Assembly: GCF_006345805.1 (NCBI RefSeq)
Contig: NC_043013.1
Coordinates: 15,996,001 to 16,060,000, forward strand
Reading direction: 5' to 3'
From: Octopus sinensis
Lineage: Eukaryota
Length of the DNA: 64,000 bases
The notes beneath the pieces were generated by a model. That model was not told the DNA's origin. It saw only the letters and a list, made by a program, of their open reading frames with translations, and did no database searches. This document shows, in pieces, positions 11,384 through 24,744 of the stretch; positions within the stretch are counted from its first letter, which is position 1, and each line of letters starts with the position of its first letter. The position numbers were made by a program, and so were the translations under genes.

Positions 11384-13490
11384 CCCCACCTCCCATTTTG
11401 AGTTTCTTAGCATACAATTTAATATCTTTTATGCCTGGCATCTATTTTCAGGAACTTTGGGCTCAATCACCTGCAGTGGCATTGGTACTTGAAACATATC
11501 ATGCAACTATTCCATCGGTTACTCCAACTTCTTTGGTTCATTTTCCCAGAATATCTTTTGCAGTTGGTTCCAGTGTCTCTTTTGTATACCTTTTCTACTT
11601 CTTACCCGATACATCACTTTACCTATGCATTTGGTTATTATGCCCTCTTCCCAACTCTGCTTTCCATTCTTGTATGCCCTCATATACATCTTCCCTGGCA
11701 CTTTTTCTTTTCTTGCCCAATAGTAATTTATAAAAAACTGATTTTAGTTTCCTTGCAAACATTAGTTCTGCTGGTGTATTCAGATTTGGTGTCACACGGT
11801 ACTCTTAAAAATTGTTGTAGATCTACCTCATCTGGACTTCCTTATTCGATTTTTTAAGGGCTCTTTTGAAGGTACCAACAAAGCATTCTGCCTATCTACT
11901 AGATCTAGGATGGTATGGTGCCATGGTATACTGCAAACGTTTCACAAAATTTTTTCAATTCGCTAGACACAAATTGTGTCCCATTGTCAGACACTATCTT
12001 ATCTGAGATGCCAAATCTTGCAAACAATTAATGTAAAAAACTTTATTACAGTTGAGGATGTTGGTTTTTTTATACTTGCAAATTTCAGGCCATTTTGAAA
12101 AACTATCAACTGCCACTAAGTAGTAATAACCATTTAAAAGACCAGCAACATCGATGTGTATTCTTGCCCATAGAATATCTACTTTTGAAACATGTTTACT
12201 TTTTACTGAGGGCAATTTTTTTATTTCGTTTTGGCTTACATACAGGTGTTTCACTCTGTTTTACTGCAATTTTTTGTTTCAGTCCCTCAGTTACATTTGA
12301 ACCTTTGATTAAACCAACTATATTTCCACACAAAACACTTATGCGTGTATTCCACACTTTGAATAGTTCCATCCACTGTGCCAAATAGATTAAGTGAACG
12401 TTTTAACACATACACCTTTGCTTCTTTCGTTTGACCTCGAAATGTTACACTTCATACGAATTCACTAAAACAATATCTTTTTCTCATAACATCATATGCT
12501 ACCTTTTTAGATTTAATTAATTTTGGCTTACTGACATATTTCCAAATTTTTTTGTTTGTAATGGTGATATCACTACCAATGTTCTACTGCATTTTAACAC
12601 TTGCATTTCTAATTTTCACCTTCACAAATGTCTTCATTGTTATATTACTAATTTCTTATACTGACATACTATTTATTCTTTTTCCATTGTTCTGACATTT
12701 TTCATCTTCGTTCTACAGTGCATCTTTGCATGTCCTACATTTTCACAATGAAAGCGCTCTGCTTCTTTAGATGGACAATTTTTCCTCAGGTGTATTCCTC
12801 TACACACAAAACATGGGTTTATTTCCTGATTTTTGTTGTGCTTTTTAGAAAACACTTTATCTCTATTCTGACTATTTTACACTTGTTTCACTAGGAAACT
12901 ATCTTTCCATTCAATTTCCTCTGTGTCATGTCTTAATTTGACTATCCTTTCACATTCTTCAGACACTTGCTGTAGGATTACAGCCTGGTTTTATCCCAGC
13001 TTTGTGAGAATTCTAGCTCTAGCTCTGTTTCCTTTTTGGCAGTAAGTCCCGGTGTAAAAATCAAGCATTTGAACAAATCTGCCATTAATTCGTCCAGCTT
13101 AAGCATTTCACATTCCCTGTTAACTCTATCAGCATAACTGATGTAATCCATCTTGCTTTTTCGATGTTCAGACAATTCCAACGTGTATTGAACAATGAAT
13201 TTGTCACTGAAGATGTTACACAATATATCTATTGTATAATTAAAGTTTGTCTCAGAAGGTTTTCTCAGCAGTACATAATTACTGTATCATTCATGTTTTG
13301 TTGCCGGCAGTTTTCTCAAGATTAAGCGTGGTTTCATTTTGTCGTCCCAATCTTTACATTCTTTCTTGAAGATTTGCTCATGTCTTCTGTGGTATGCTTC
13401 GAAGGTAACTCCTTCGTCAGGTTCGTATTTGAACTCTGTTATGGAGTTCATGACATAATCTGTCAAGAACGCATTTCCTGACTTTCCTAA
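11384..13490 (-). mobile_element. Degenerate Ty3/gypsy LTR retrotransposon internal region (Mag/K02A2.6-like); RT and RNase H deleted
   Basis: Minus strand gives gag N-terminus (ITEFKYEPDEGVTFEAYHRRHEQIF), gag core (YADRVNRECEMLKLDEL..DLFKCLIF), a Cys/His knuckle, protease (IGSDITI), integrase (WARIHIDVAG..YYLVAVDSFSKWPEI) and C-terminal RHWNQL. A polypurine tract aaaatgggaggtgggg (11399-11384) is followed by TG. Confidence 0.85.
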
Positions 13491-13576
13491 TGATTTCGGT
13501 AATGGCAGTATATGTTGTTGTAATATTATTTGTTCTTGTTCTTTCAGTTGTTGTTGCTGTTGCTGTTGCTGTTGCT

Positions 13577-13939
13577 GTTGAGCGTAGAGGTCTTCACCCC
13601 ATTATTGGGAGAAGTCCGAAATGTGGTCCTTTGCTGTTCGTAAGACCTGCAGAAGAGAAAGCAGGTCAACCCCCGACACTGAGAGCATCGACAGATGGAT
13701 GAATGCGCATCCAGGCTCAGCAGTTGCATAGGAAGTCGGGGACAAGAAACAGGATGAAAGAGTGAGAGAAAGTTGGGGCGAAAGAGTACAACAGGGGTCG
13801 CCACCACCCCTTGCCAGAGCTTCGTGGAGCTTTAGGTGTTTTCACTCAATAAACACATACAACACCCAATCAGGGAATCGAAACCGCAATCCTCCGACTG
13901 CGAGTCCGCTCCCTAACCATTGGGCCATTGCGCCTCCAC
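13577..13939 (-). mobile_element. tRNA-headed SINE family D
   Basis: Reverse complement of ggaggcgcaatggcccaatggttagggagcggactcgcagtcggaggattgcggtttcgattcc... Sisters at 26708-27089 and 31108-31478. Confidence 0.85.
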
Positions 13940-14184
13940 GGTGATGCTGTTGTTGCTTCAGCTGTTCTTGCAGTTATAGCTGCTGCTGTTGTTATTCTTT
14001 CAGTTGCTGTTGTTCTTGCAGTTGTATCTGCTGCCATTGTTGCTCATTCAGTTGCTGTTGTTGCTGTGTTTGCAACTCAAGCAAACCGGCCAACAAATTT
14101 TCCATTATTTTATGAATATTTTCATAAAACTTGCACAACAAAACTTTGTGAGTTTATTATCTCCTCTTCAAGTTTCTATTAACA

Positions 14185-14445
14185 CCACATGAATTGATGT
14201 CACCACTATCTGCGACGATTTCATCTCAATCGAAGGAGAGGGGCTTTCTCCGTCCGGGTTGCAGATCCGTGGAATAAGCTGCCAGATGAGATGGTGAAGA
14301 TGCCGACAACCGCTCGGTTCAAAGTCTCCCTTGACCACAAGTGGCCTGAACTCTTTACATGAATACCACCCTGTACATAACTTCACGCCCCCCTACATGG
14401 TCTTGCTGTTTGCTTTTTTTGAGCCAAAAATTAACTAACTAACTG
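14185..14445 (+). mobile_element. CR1/L2-type LINE 3' end with (TAAC)n tail
   Basis: Encodes RRAFSVRVADPWNKLPDEMVKMPTTARFKVSLDHKWPELFT*. Same family as 3245-3495. Confidence 0.75.
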
Positions 14446-14500
14446 TTATAACCTTCATCACCATCACTGTAATTCCTAAAATGTTGGATCATTATAATGC

Positions 14501-14732
14501 CTATTTCTCTACTACCCACAAGAGGCTAAACACATAGGGGACAAACAAGGACAGACAAACGCATTAAGTCGATTACATCGACCCCAGTGCGTAACTGGTG
14601 CTTAATTTATCGACCCTGAAAGGATGAAAAGCGAAGTCGACCTCGGCGGAATTTGAACTCAGAACGCAGTAGTGGACGAAATACCGCAAAGCATTTCACC
14701 TGGCATGCTAACGTTTCTGCCAGCTCACCGCC
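14501..14732 (-). mobile_element. SINE family A
   Basis: Full-length consensus match. Confidence 0.88.
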
Positions 14733-14938
14733 ATTATTGTAATGCCACTCTGGTATACAGTATACTTAGTAAAACCAGTATAGACATGACTATTTCTGAT
14801 CACCTACTATGTACTCCGGTACTTCACGTACTTCTCTTTACTTATAGTGACTAGGTTAGTCCATTCATCATGTGGGAAAGGTGTTAAATTGGTGAGGATG
14901 ATGACAATAACAATGTTGATGATGTAATATATATCTAG

Positions 14939-15170
14939 GGCGGCAAGCTGGCAGAATCGTTAGCACGCCGGGCAAAATGCTTAGCGGTATTTCGTCTGCT
15001 GCTACATTCTGAGTTCAAATTCCACCGAGGTTGACTTTGCCTTTCATCCTTTCGAGGTCGATTAAATAAGTACCAATTATGCACTGGGGTTGATATAATC
15101 GACTTAATCCATTTGTCTGTCCTTGTTTGTCCCCTCTGTGTTTAGCCCCTTGTGGGCAGTAAAGAAATTA
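14939..15170 (+). mobile_element. SINE family A
   Basis: Full-length consensus match, inverted relative to 14501-14732. Confidence 0.88.
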
Positions 15171-15296
15171 AAAAATGCATATCCTCCTGAAGAAGCAATC
15201 ACTTCTCACTAACCTCTCATGTGAATCCATAACTGTAGGTTTAGTATATCTCAGCAATGATTCATGCACTACACATCACAAAAAAAGTTATGCTTA

Positions 15297-15689
15297 CTCT
15301 TTTACTCTTTTACTCTAAAGGCCATGCTGGAGCATCGCCTTTAGTCAAGCAAATTGACCCCAGGACTTATTCTTTGTAAGCCTAGTACTTATTCTATCAG
15401 TCTCTTTTACTGAACCGTTAAGTTACGGGGACGTAAACACACCAGCATCGGTTGTCAAGCGATGTTGGGGGGACAAATACAGACACACAAACACACACAC
15501 ACATACACACACATATATATATACATATATACATGACGGGCTTCTTTCAGTTTCCTTCTACCAAATCCACTCACAAGGTTTTGGTCGGCCAGAGGCTATT
15601 GTAGAAAACACTTGCCTAAGGTGCCACACAGTGGGACTGAACCTGGAACCATGTGGTTGGTGAGCAAGCTACTTACCACACAGCCACTC
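15297..15689 (-). mobile_element. SINE family B
   Basis: (TTTTACTC)n tail, 3' domain, internal (CA/TA)n and tRNA/CORE head. Confidence 0.88.
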
Positions 15690-15714
15690 GGGTATGTTAC
15701 TTGCAAACTTGGTA

Positions 15715-15992
15715 AAGTTAAAGGTAAAGATAATCTCTGGACATTACTGTCTGAAGTCCTCGAACTCATAGGGTCAGGTACCTAGTTTGTATGGCATGAA
15801 AGGGATCATGATCACATCATTCTCCCTAAAAGGATATTTGTGTATCGTAGGGTCACTCACATCTTGGTGGACTAGAACAGAGTGAAACAAAGTGTTTTAC
15901 ACAATTTCACAATCCACTGCCCAGTCCAAGAATTGAAACCATGATCTTGCAATCATTTGTGCTACACTCTAACCACTAGGCCACATGCCTTC
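15715..15992 (-). mobile_element. tRNA-headed SINE (family E/F type) with (TTTACC)-like tail
   Basis: Minus strand begins gaaggcatgtggcctagtggttagagtgtagcac...gatcatggtttcaattc (A and B box-like). Confidence 0.6.
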
Positions 15993-16457
15993 ACATTTGT
16001 AAACATGAGAAGGATGACAATATTGGTTTCAAATTTTGGCACAAGGCCAGCAATTTCAGGGAAGTGGGTAAGTTGATTACATTGATGCCAGTACACAACT
16101 AGTACCAGTGGTGTATATGGTTGTTGTATTTGGTGTGCTGCCACACCCAGTGCTACCAAATTTCAAGCAGGTGCACAACAAAAGTTTTCCATTAAGATTT
16201 GTGATTAAATTAATGAGTAAGCTTAATTTTTATAATGCATTTGCCATTTTCAATGGGTGGGCATCGCACACCTAGCACACCCGGAATATATGCCTCTGAC
16301 TGGTACTTATTTTATCAATCCCAAAAGGATGAAAGACAAAGTCAACCTCATGAGGATTTGAACTCAGAACTTAAGGATGGACAAAATGCTGTAAAGCATT
16401 TTTCCTGACAAACTAACAATTCTGCCAGCTTGGCACCTTATCTACCAGCTCTGCCGT

Positions 16458-16907
16458 CTTACTCTTTACTCTTTTACTTGTTTCAGTCATTTGACTGCAG
16501 CCATGCTGGAGCACCGCCTTTAGTCGAGCAAATCGACCCCAGGACTTATTCTTTGTAAGAGTAGTACTTATTCTATCAGTCTCTTTTGCCGAACCGTTAA
16601 GTTACGGGGACGTAAACACACCAGTATTTGTTGTCAAGCGATGTTGGGGGGACAAACACACACACACAAACACACATACACACACACACAAACACACATA
16701 CACACACACACACACATACACATATATATATATATATATATACGACGGGCTTCTTTCAGTTTACGTCTACCAAATCCACTCACAAGGCTTTGGTCAGCCC
16801 GAAGCTATAGTAGAAAACACTTGCCCAAGGTGCCACGCAGTGGGACTGGACCCGGAACCATGTGGTTGGTAAGCAAGCTACTTACCACACAGCTACTCCT
16901 GCGCCTA
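16458..16907 (-). mobile_element. SINE family B, full length
   Basis: Complete head, body and tail match. Confidence 0.9.
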
Positions 16908-16929
16908 TGAGGAGGATGATAATATTAAC

Positions 16930-17670
16930 ATGAAGTGTAGCCATTTTTGAACTTGTGGTTGTTAAATCATATCACTTTTCAAAAGTGATGCTTTTGCAAT
17001 CCATGAGCAGCAGGCAGCTATGGAATATTTAAAGAAAAACAGAGACTGCGAAACCCTTAAACTCTTGAGATACAATGGTAAATGTCAACTATGGTTCTTT
17101 TCAAAGAAAGGCATTACATATAATAAGCAGCTGCTTTCCAAAAGTGTCATTGAGGTATTACCGCCTGCTGAGATATGATGTTGTTACTGAAACAATATGC
17201 AATGCTGTCTACAGAAAAGACTACCCAAGGACATATGTAAACAAAACCTCTGCTATAGAATACATACATTCCAATACAAAGAATATTGGTGAAACATTTT
17301 AATCAAAGCTGCTTCTGAGTACAAACATAACAGGACTGATATAGTTACATGATGCAAAAACGAAAAAGTCAAATACCATCATAGAGGTTAGTTACTCTAC
17401 AGATATTAACATTTTTTTCCAAAATCGGCGAGGAGAATATTTATAGATAACTGCTTCAAAAACCTGTGGTTACACAAACCTGATTATAAATATACATTTA
17501 TATCAATCATCATTGAAGCGCTCGGTTATGTTAATAAATGTTTAAGTGACAAACTGGAGAAGCTAGGATTTTCAAGCAAAATTAGAAGACTGGTTAATAT
17601 GAACTCTGCAGATACAATTTTGTAAGTGGAACTGTAAAAATATGCAAGAGTTTTTAAGAGTTTCTAAGTT
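16930..17670 (+). mobile_element. Degenerate R4/Dong-like RLE non-LTR retrotransposon, 3' end
   Basis: Frameshifted AFAIHEQ..EYLKK, KCQL...LHIISSCFPK..RYY..LRYDVV (CCHC knuckle), HNRTDIV, IEVS, PDYKYTF..IIIEALGYV...LEKLGF and SGTVKICK (restriction-like endonuclease). Confidence 0.75.
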
Positions 17671-17764
17671 TCAACATGTAATAGTTGATATTTTTGCTAT
17701 TCAAATTCAAGTGATGCTTCTTTGTTAGAAACCACCTCCTTCCTTATAGGAAAATTTCTAAGAA

Positions 17765-18310
17765 ATATACACACACATACACACCCACATACATACATAC
17801 ATACACACATACACACACATACATACATACATACATACATACACACACACATACATACATACATACAATACATACATACATACATACAATACATACATAC
17901 ATACATACCTACATACGTACATACATACACACACAAACATACATACATACATACAAACATACACACACATGCAAACATACACACACATACATACATGCAC
18001 ACACACATACAAACATACACACACATACATACATGCACACACATACACACACACACATACATACACACACATACATACATACACATACACACACACATAC
18101 ATACACACACACACATACATACATACACACATACATACACACATACATACATACATACATACATACATACATACATACACACATACATACATACATACAT
18201 ACATACACACACACATACATACACACACACACATACATACATACACACATACACACATACATACATACATACATACATACATACATACATACATACATAC
18301 ATACATACAG
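17765..18310. repeat. (CATA)n/(CA)n compound microsatellite
   Basis: Directly visible. Source of the HT and VCMY ORFs. Confidence 0.97.
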
Positions 18311-19088
18311 ACAGGGGTACAGTGAAAAATTGTAAAACATTTCAGGGATTTTCAATTTGAGGTCCCTGGATTGAACACATACCCACAATCACATGTGCAG
18401 TGGCACACACATATTTACAGAGTAGTAAATCCCACATGAACACACTCTTGTATACTAAAGAAAGAGATACGTACATTACATGAGAGGAAATTTACACACA
18501 CACACACACACATACGTGCACACACACAAACATAAACACACACACACAGATACACACACACAGAGATATACACACACAGAGATACACACACACACATCTA
18601 CATATATGCACACACTAACTCATTTACATATTCAAAAAATACCAGAAGCAGTTTTGGGTGTCTTGTTAGTGGGTGGTTTTGAGTTGTGTGAAAGAAAAAC
18701 TTAAATAATTCATACATACACCACACCCATACATATACATACCTCTCTATACACCCACACATATCTATAAATATATATGTGCGCCGGCATGCGTGTGTGT
18801 GTACATACACACACACACATATACATAGGCTTACACTGATACATATACATACAAACATTCACAAATGTATAGATGCATGCATACACAAGCACATATATAT
18901 GTATATATATATGTATAGATATATAGATATATATATATGTATGTGTGTATATATATATACACACACATGTACATATACCCAGACATTCACATACACAAAC
19001 ATACTTACATCCACCCACATAAATATAAATGATTGCATACTCACACACCCTCACCCATCTTTTGATATACAAACTTAAATACGCATGC

Positions 19089-19132
<44 letters not shown>

Positions 19133-20141
19133 GCACTCCTATATTCACATACCCATATCTACGTCCATGCATAGACATACATATACACATATGCACATAG
19201 ACATGTACACACACACATGCATGTGCACATAAAATGCACATATGCATATATATATATATATAATATATATATATATATTTACATCCCTTTATATATATAC
19301 ACCCATATCTACACACATGCATACACATACATATACACTCATACACAAACACAAATACATACTACTGCGCACTCACATGCTCACATTCATGAATTCATAT
19401 TTACACACATGCATATATATATATATATACATACATCCCTTTAAGCACATGCCCATATCTACATCCACACATACACATACATATATACATAAACACATCC
19501 ATCCATACATACACATACATACTTACATGAACATACATATCTATGCATACAAACTATCGCGTGCACACACACACACACATGCACATATGTCTACACACAG
19601 ATATCCAAGAGGATAATCAATATTTTCCATATAACCAGATCCAGTCATTCTTTTTCTCTATCACAAAATGTTCACTGAAGTAAAATTTCAGATTTTTTTT
19701 TCCAGAAATAGTATTTATGTTTTCCAACTGACTTATTTGAAGAATATTATAATTATCTTGGCTGCTAAATTCACAAAATTCATATAAATCTTGTTAAGAA
19801 GCAACATTTATCTCTTTTATTAGATTCTATTGCTAGCCACATATACCTACCCCATCTACAGTCAGTATGGAACAATTTTCTGAAAGATAAGCCATAAATA
19901 ATAACATTATGCTATATGAGCAAGAGCCAATGCTCAAAATATCGGCATTCAAATCTATCTTAAATGACATCACACTTTTAATTTTTCCTTTTTTTCTTTC
20001 AGCTTTTACTAGTTTATTAGTTTCAGACATTAGACTGTGGCCATGCTGTGGCACTGCCTTTAAGAATGTTTAGTTGACCATACCACCTTCCAGTCATCAG
20101 TACATATTTCTATAGATTAATCTTTTGCAATACATTTAGTA

Positions 20142-20181
<40 letters not shown>

Positions 20182-20669
20182 ATGTGCAAATGTAAGTGAA
20201 TGTTGATATTTCAATGCCACCATTTGAGTGAAACCATCTTGATGTTTACACATCATGTTGACATTGCAATCATTCACTCCACTCTTTGAAAGTCCTGTGA
20301 AATAAAATGAATCCATCTTTAAGAGGCAGGCAAAGGTTAGTTGCAGGAAGAGCATCCAGTCATGTAATACTTTATTGGTAATAGATTCCTGTCAGGTCAT
20401 GCTGACACTGAAAGACAGACATTAAATGAATGAACAAATGAAGACACACAGACACACACACACACACACATCACAGATAGACATGTGTAACTTGTGTAAC
20501 TATGATGATGGTGATATATATGTGTATGTATGCATGTATATATGTATATGTGTGTGTGTGTGCGTGTGTGTATGTATGTACATTATGTAGTACTTACAGT
20601 GTTTAATAAAATGAAGTAGCATGAAACAATTGTACTACACTACCTTGGATATCCTTGTTGCTTATTTTG

Positions 20670-20706
<37 letters not shown>

Positions 20707-20713
20707 CTGATTC

Positions 20714-21166
20714 ATGATAGAAAATTTGACAAAAAATGTATTCCAACTGGTGAGAGATATATATTGCTTATTTAAAGGTCACAATACATGTATTAAAGCG
20801 CTATTAATAGTTTCAGATCACAGAATCCTAATTGAGGAAGTTGAAGATCTTGTGAAACAGATGAGATGGAAAACTTTATTTCTTGATTCCAGATTATCTC
20901 CCTCATATAGAGAACTTTATGGTTTAAAGACATGTAAATATCCTCCTATTGTTAAAGATTTAGTCCCCCTTGAGTCTGACCTCCTGAATTTAGTTACCAA
21001 TATTAGATTTCGTAAATACCATATCTCCTTTCAAACTAAAGTGATATTTGATATTAAAAACTTTAGAAGTTCTAAAAATAAGTTTGTATTTTCGGATAAG
21101 ACTAATAACCTATATGAAGTTATTAATGGTTTATATGATAAGCTGCTAAAAGACGCCATATTCTGA
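20714..21166 (+). mobile_element. Penelope-like element ORF fragment (N-terminal to RT)
   Basis: LIEEVEDLVKQMRWKTLF...YGLKTCKYPP..KDL..LESDLLNLVTNIRFRK...FQ...DIK...S...FVFSDKTNNLYE..Y.KLL resembles PLE ORFs from memory (Naiad/Poseidon-like; clade unverified). Begins just after a (TA)n tract. Confidence 0.7.
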
Positions 21167-21617
21167 ATGCCTTACTTCCCTGGGCATGGATACATTGAAA
21201 CTCCGACGTCTGGCAGCTGACTTAGCAGACACCCATAAAATTATTAACCATCTTACAAACAATAACTCAGAGCACCTTTTCAAACTCCACCAGTCTAACA
21301 CCCGTGGACATGTTTACAAAGTCAGAAAACAGAACAGCTCCCATGACTTTTGGAAGCATTTTTTCACGCTAAGAGTTGCTGAAGCAGGGAACAAACTGCC
21401 GGCATCAGTTGTTAGTTGTCGGAGCACTGCATCCTTCAAAACTTCCATGCTTCCTGAGATTCGCCAACACTACACCTGATTTTCTCCCCTCCATACACAT
21501 GCAAGCATGTATCTGACTCATACACTGTTCACTTTCCAGACATTTGTACATTACTGCATATGCTTTATATGCACTTTTGACAAGTTGTGGTGCACCTGAG
21601 CACTGTATACAATAATT

Positions 21618-21670
<53 letters not shown>
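21165..21670 (+). mobile_element. CR1/L2-type LINE 3' end with (TTA)n tail
   Basis: LKLRRLAADL...SNTRGH.YKV...KHFFTLRV...NKLPASVV...S...FK, followed by a 3' UTR and (ATT)n. A related short 3' end lies on the minus strand at 50415-50552. Confidence 0.85.
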
Positions 21671-21672
<2 letters not shown>

Positions 21673-22339
21673 ATATAATAAAGCTTAGTAGATGGAGCTC
21701 TAGATTTATACATTTTTGTGCTATTTTTCAGAGGTTTTTAATATGTCCTTTTAATGTTTCATCATCCCAAATTTTTAATTATACCAATATTTTATAACTT
21801 TTAAAATATAAATTCACTGTGTTTTATGTATAACACCGACTTATATCTACTTATATATACTTTTATATCTTTATATCTGGAATTTATACATCCGTTTTGT
21901 AAGCCCGAAAGTTTGAATGAAGCTCAAAAGTTTCTACTGCCATAACAAACACTTCTGTGTATTACCAAGAAATTTATAGAGTGAAAAAAGCTTCTTCTAA
22001 GAAAACAACATAAGACTTGTTTTTTTAAAAAGAAATCTACGAGTCTGTCTATGAGTGCTTGTGAATCAACAATCACGTCAACAAGTGTTGGTGTGCACAA
22101 GTCTAGTGTGAGTGAAAGTAATTAAGAAAACAATTATAATGATAATATTATCAATGATCTTGACACTCTTTTTGCTTCATATTTTACTGTTGTTTTATTG
22201 CTATTTATTTATGAGCATTATAAATTTTATAGGTAAAATATTTTTCTGGGAACAAATTAACTCATATATCAAGGCATTACTGTACATATATGTTTATGTA
22301 TGTATATATGTACATATATGCATCTAAATATCTGTCTGT

Positions 22340-22650
<311 letters not shown>

Positions 22651-22699
22651 ATTCATGTGTTACTAGAGCCATGTATAATAGTGCAGTCTAACTGAAACA

Positions 22700-23060
22700 C
22701 ATATGGCCTTCCATTGCAAACACTGTCTGTCCAGGGCTGAACAATAATTTACAGGACCTCAATGCAGGTGGCAGAGTTAACACTAAGGCCTTGTGGAAAG
22801 AAGTAAGGAGGCATCACATGTCCTTCATTGCTGACAACCCTTAAAACCATGACAATTGCAGGAAATTTTGTATGCATAACACTTGGAACTTGTAGTTGTG
22901 GCTGACCACTGGACCTACTACAGTTAACATCCAAATCGCCTTCAAATCATGCGTTACTGTTTTAAAAACGAACTCATTGGACAACATAGTCTTCAGGTCT
23001 CTGTGGATAAGAAAATAGATGGGAAGATCACAGTCGAACTGCTTTTGATCATAGGTTTGC
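22700..23060 (-). mobile_element. Degenerate Tc1/mariner (maT/DD37D-type) transposase fragment
   Basis: DQKQFDCD (degenerate FSDEKNF) and VPSVMHTKFPAIVMVLRVVSNEGHVMPPYFFPQGLSVNSATCIEVL. Confidence 0.7.
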
Positions 23061-23929
23061 TTGATTAGAATTGATCTGGAATTAAACAACAACTAAATAA
23101 TGATTTCTTTAATCTGTTAATTTGTTAATCCTTAACTCTTTTCTTCCTTTGAAGGAATATTAAAATAGAAGTAACTAAAATTTGGCAGTCATAAGAATTG
23201 AATTTACAGCCTTGTGATCCATAAATAAACATCTAGCTACTTTCATTTAACCTTGTAGACATGAAATTTGAACTTTGTCAGTACAAACTTACATAAATAA
23301 CAGTTGAACTAATATAACATCACAACTGAATGTAAAGAATTTGGACTGGTTTACCTCCCCCTTCCTCTATCCATGACCATCCTGACAACTGATTCATTAA
23401 CACACACACACACACACACACATGCACACCTACATACACACTAATCTCCATAAACATTACCGAAAGAACAACCAGAAATTCCAGTTTGGCTCAACCAGAT
23501 CTTCCGGTGTTTGGTTCAAAGAAAATCTATTATAAGAAAGCAGTCTACAGCTCACTTATATTTGACAGGGATGGGTATGGAAGACAAATAAAAATATATT
23601 AGTGTTGTTGTTGTTGTTGTTGTTGTGGATGATGATGATGATGATGATGATGATTCAGTGATCAGTATTGTGGCAAAATTCCCCAATACCATGTGTTTGT
23701 TCACACTGTCCTGTTTTGGCTATAAGATAGTCCAGTTCCCAATAATGGACTTGTACATGTTGAAAATATTTGGACAAGTTTACCTTTACTGGATTCTTCA
23801 TGTTTGTGCTTTTGCATCTTGTGTCAATTCCAAAGTTTGCCATTACTGTTCGATCAATTCCTTTCCTCAACTCTTATTCAAAAGTACCTGTATTGGTTTG
23901 GTCAACCATTCTGCCAACCACAATCAAAG

Positions 23930-24035
23930 CACTTATTTCTTATTTTTATTTTCCTAAAATTTTTGTTGTCTTGACTATTGAAAAGGTTGCAAGACGCAAC
24001 GAAAATTTTAGGAAAATAAAAATAAGAAATAAGTG
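23930..24035. repeat. 106-bp hairpin with a 34-bp perfect stem
   Basis: cacttatttcttatttttattttcctaaaatttt is exactly inverted at 24002-24035, with further imperfect pairing inside. Confidence 0.9.
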
Positions 24036-24275
24036 GAAATTTTACTGGTGAGTGTGTTACATTATAAGGCGCAAAAAGAAAATGACTCTCCCCAGACACA
24101 ACAGAATATGCTTCAACACACGAACTCACATAAAGAATCTTGGGAACCAAATCCAAAAACGAAACAGTTGACATATATAAAACATACCAAAGCTGAATGG
24201 GACCTTGTACAAATATAAAAAAGAATATTATGGAATAACAACACCAGTACTAATAAAATACTTGGAAGTTTGTGT

Positions 24276-24344
<69 letters not shown>

Positions 24345-24523
24345 ATAATGTAGCAAGTGTGTATTTTTTATTCAATTTTATAAGATTCCAAGTTGATCAC
24401 AATAACTTCAAAAAAGTATAAGTATGCCAGTTATGTGTATAAAGTATGTTGGAGGTGCATATATAGCGGTTCATTTAGAGGGGTGCATCTATATATATAG
24501 TATTGTATATGTACACACACACG

Positions 24524-24569
<46 letters not shown>

Positions 24570-24744
24570 ACACACACATGTCATTATGAATGGCATCAAG
24601 TGGTAGAAACCATGTCAAAGCAAGTATTAGTGCACAATGTTGTCCCTGGAGCTGGCAGATCCTGTCAACCCATCCAACCTTTACCAACATGCAGCATGGC
24701 CATTAACCCTTTAGCATTCAGATTTTCCTGTCAACTGTAAACTT

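Noticed and set aside
13860-13939. tRNA-like segments (also at 26708, 31108, 51951 and about 27870)
   Set aside because: They have A and B boxes but no complete acceptor stem and continue into SINE bodies, so they are SINE heads rather than tRNA genes.
22045-22100. CTATGA-GTG...CAC-GTCAAC-AAGT-GTT, a possible decayed PLE hammerhead
   Set aside because: Both core halves are mutated and no stem I forms; too degenerate to support.
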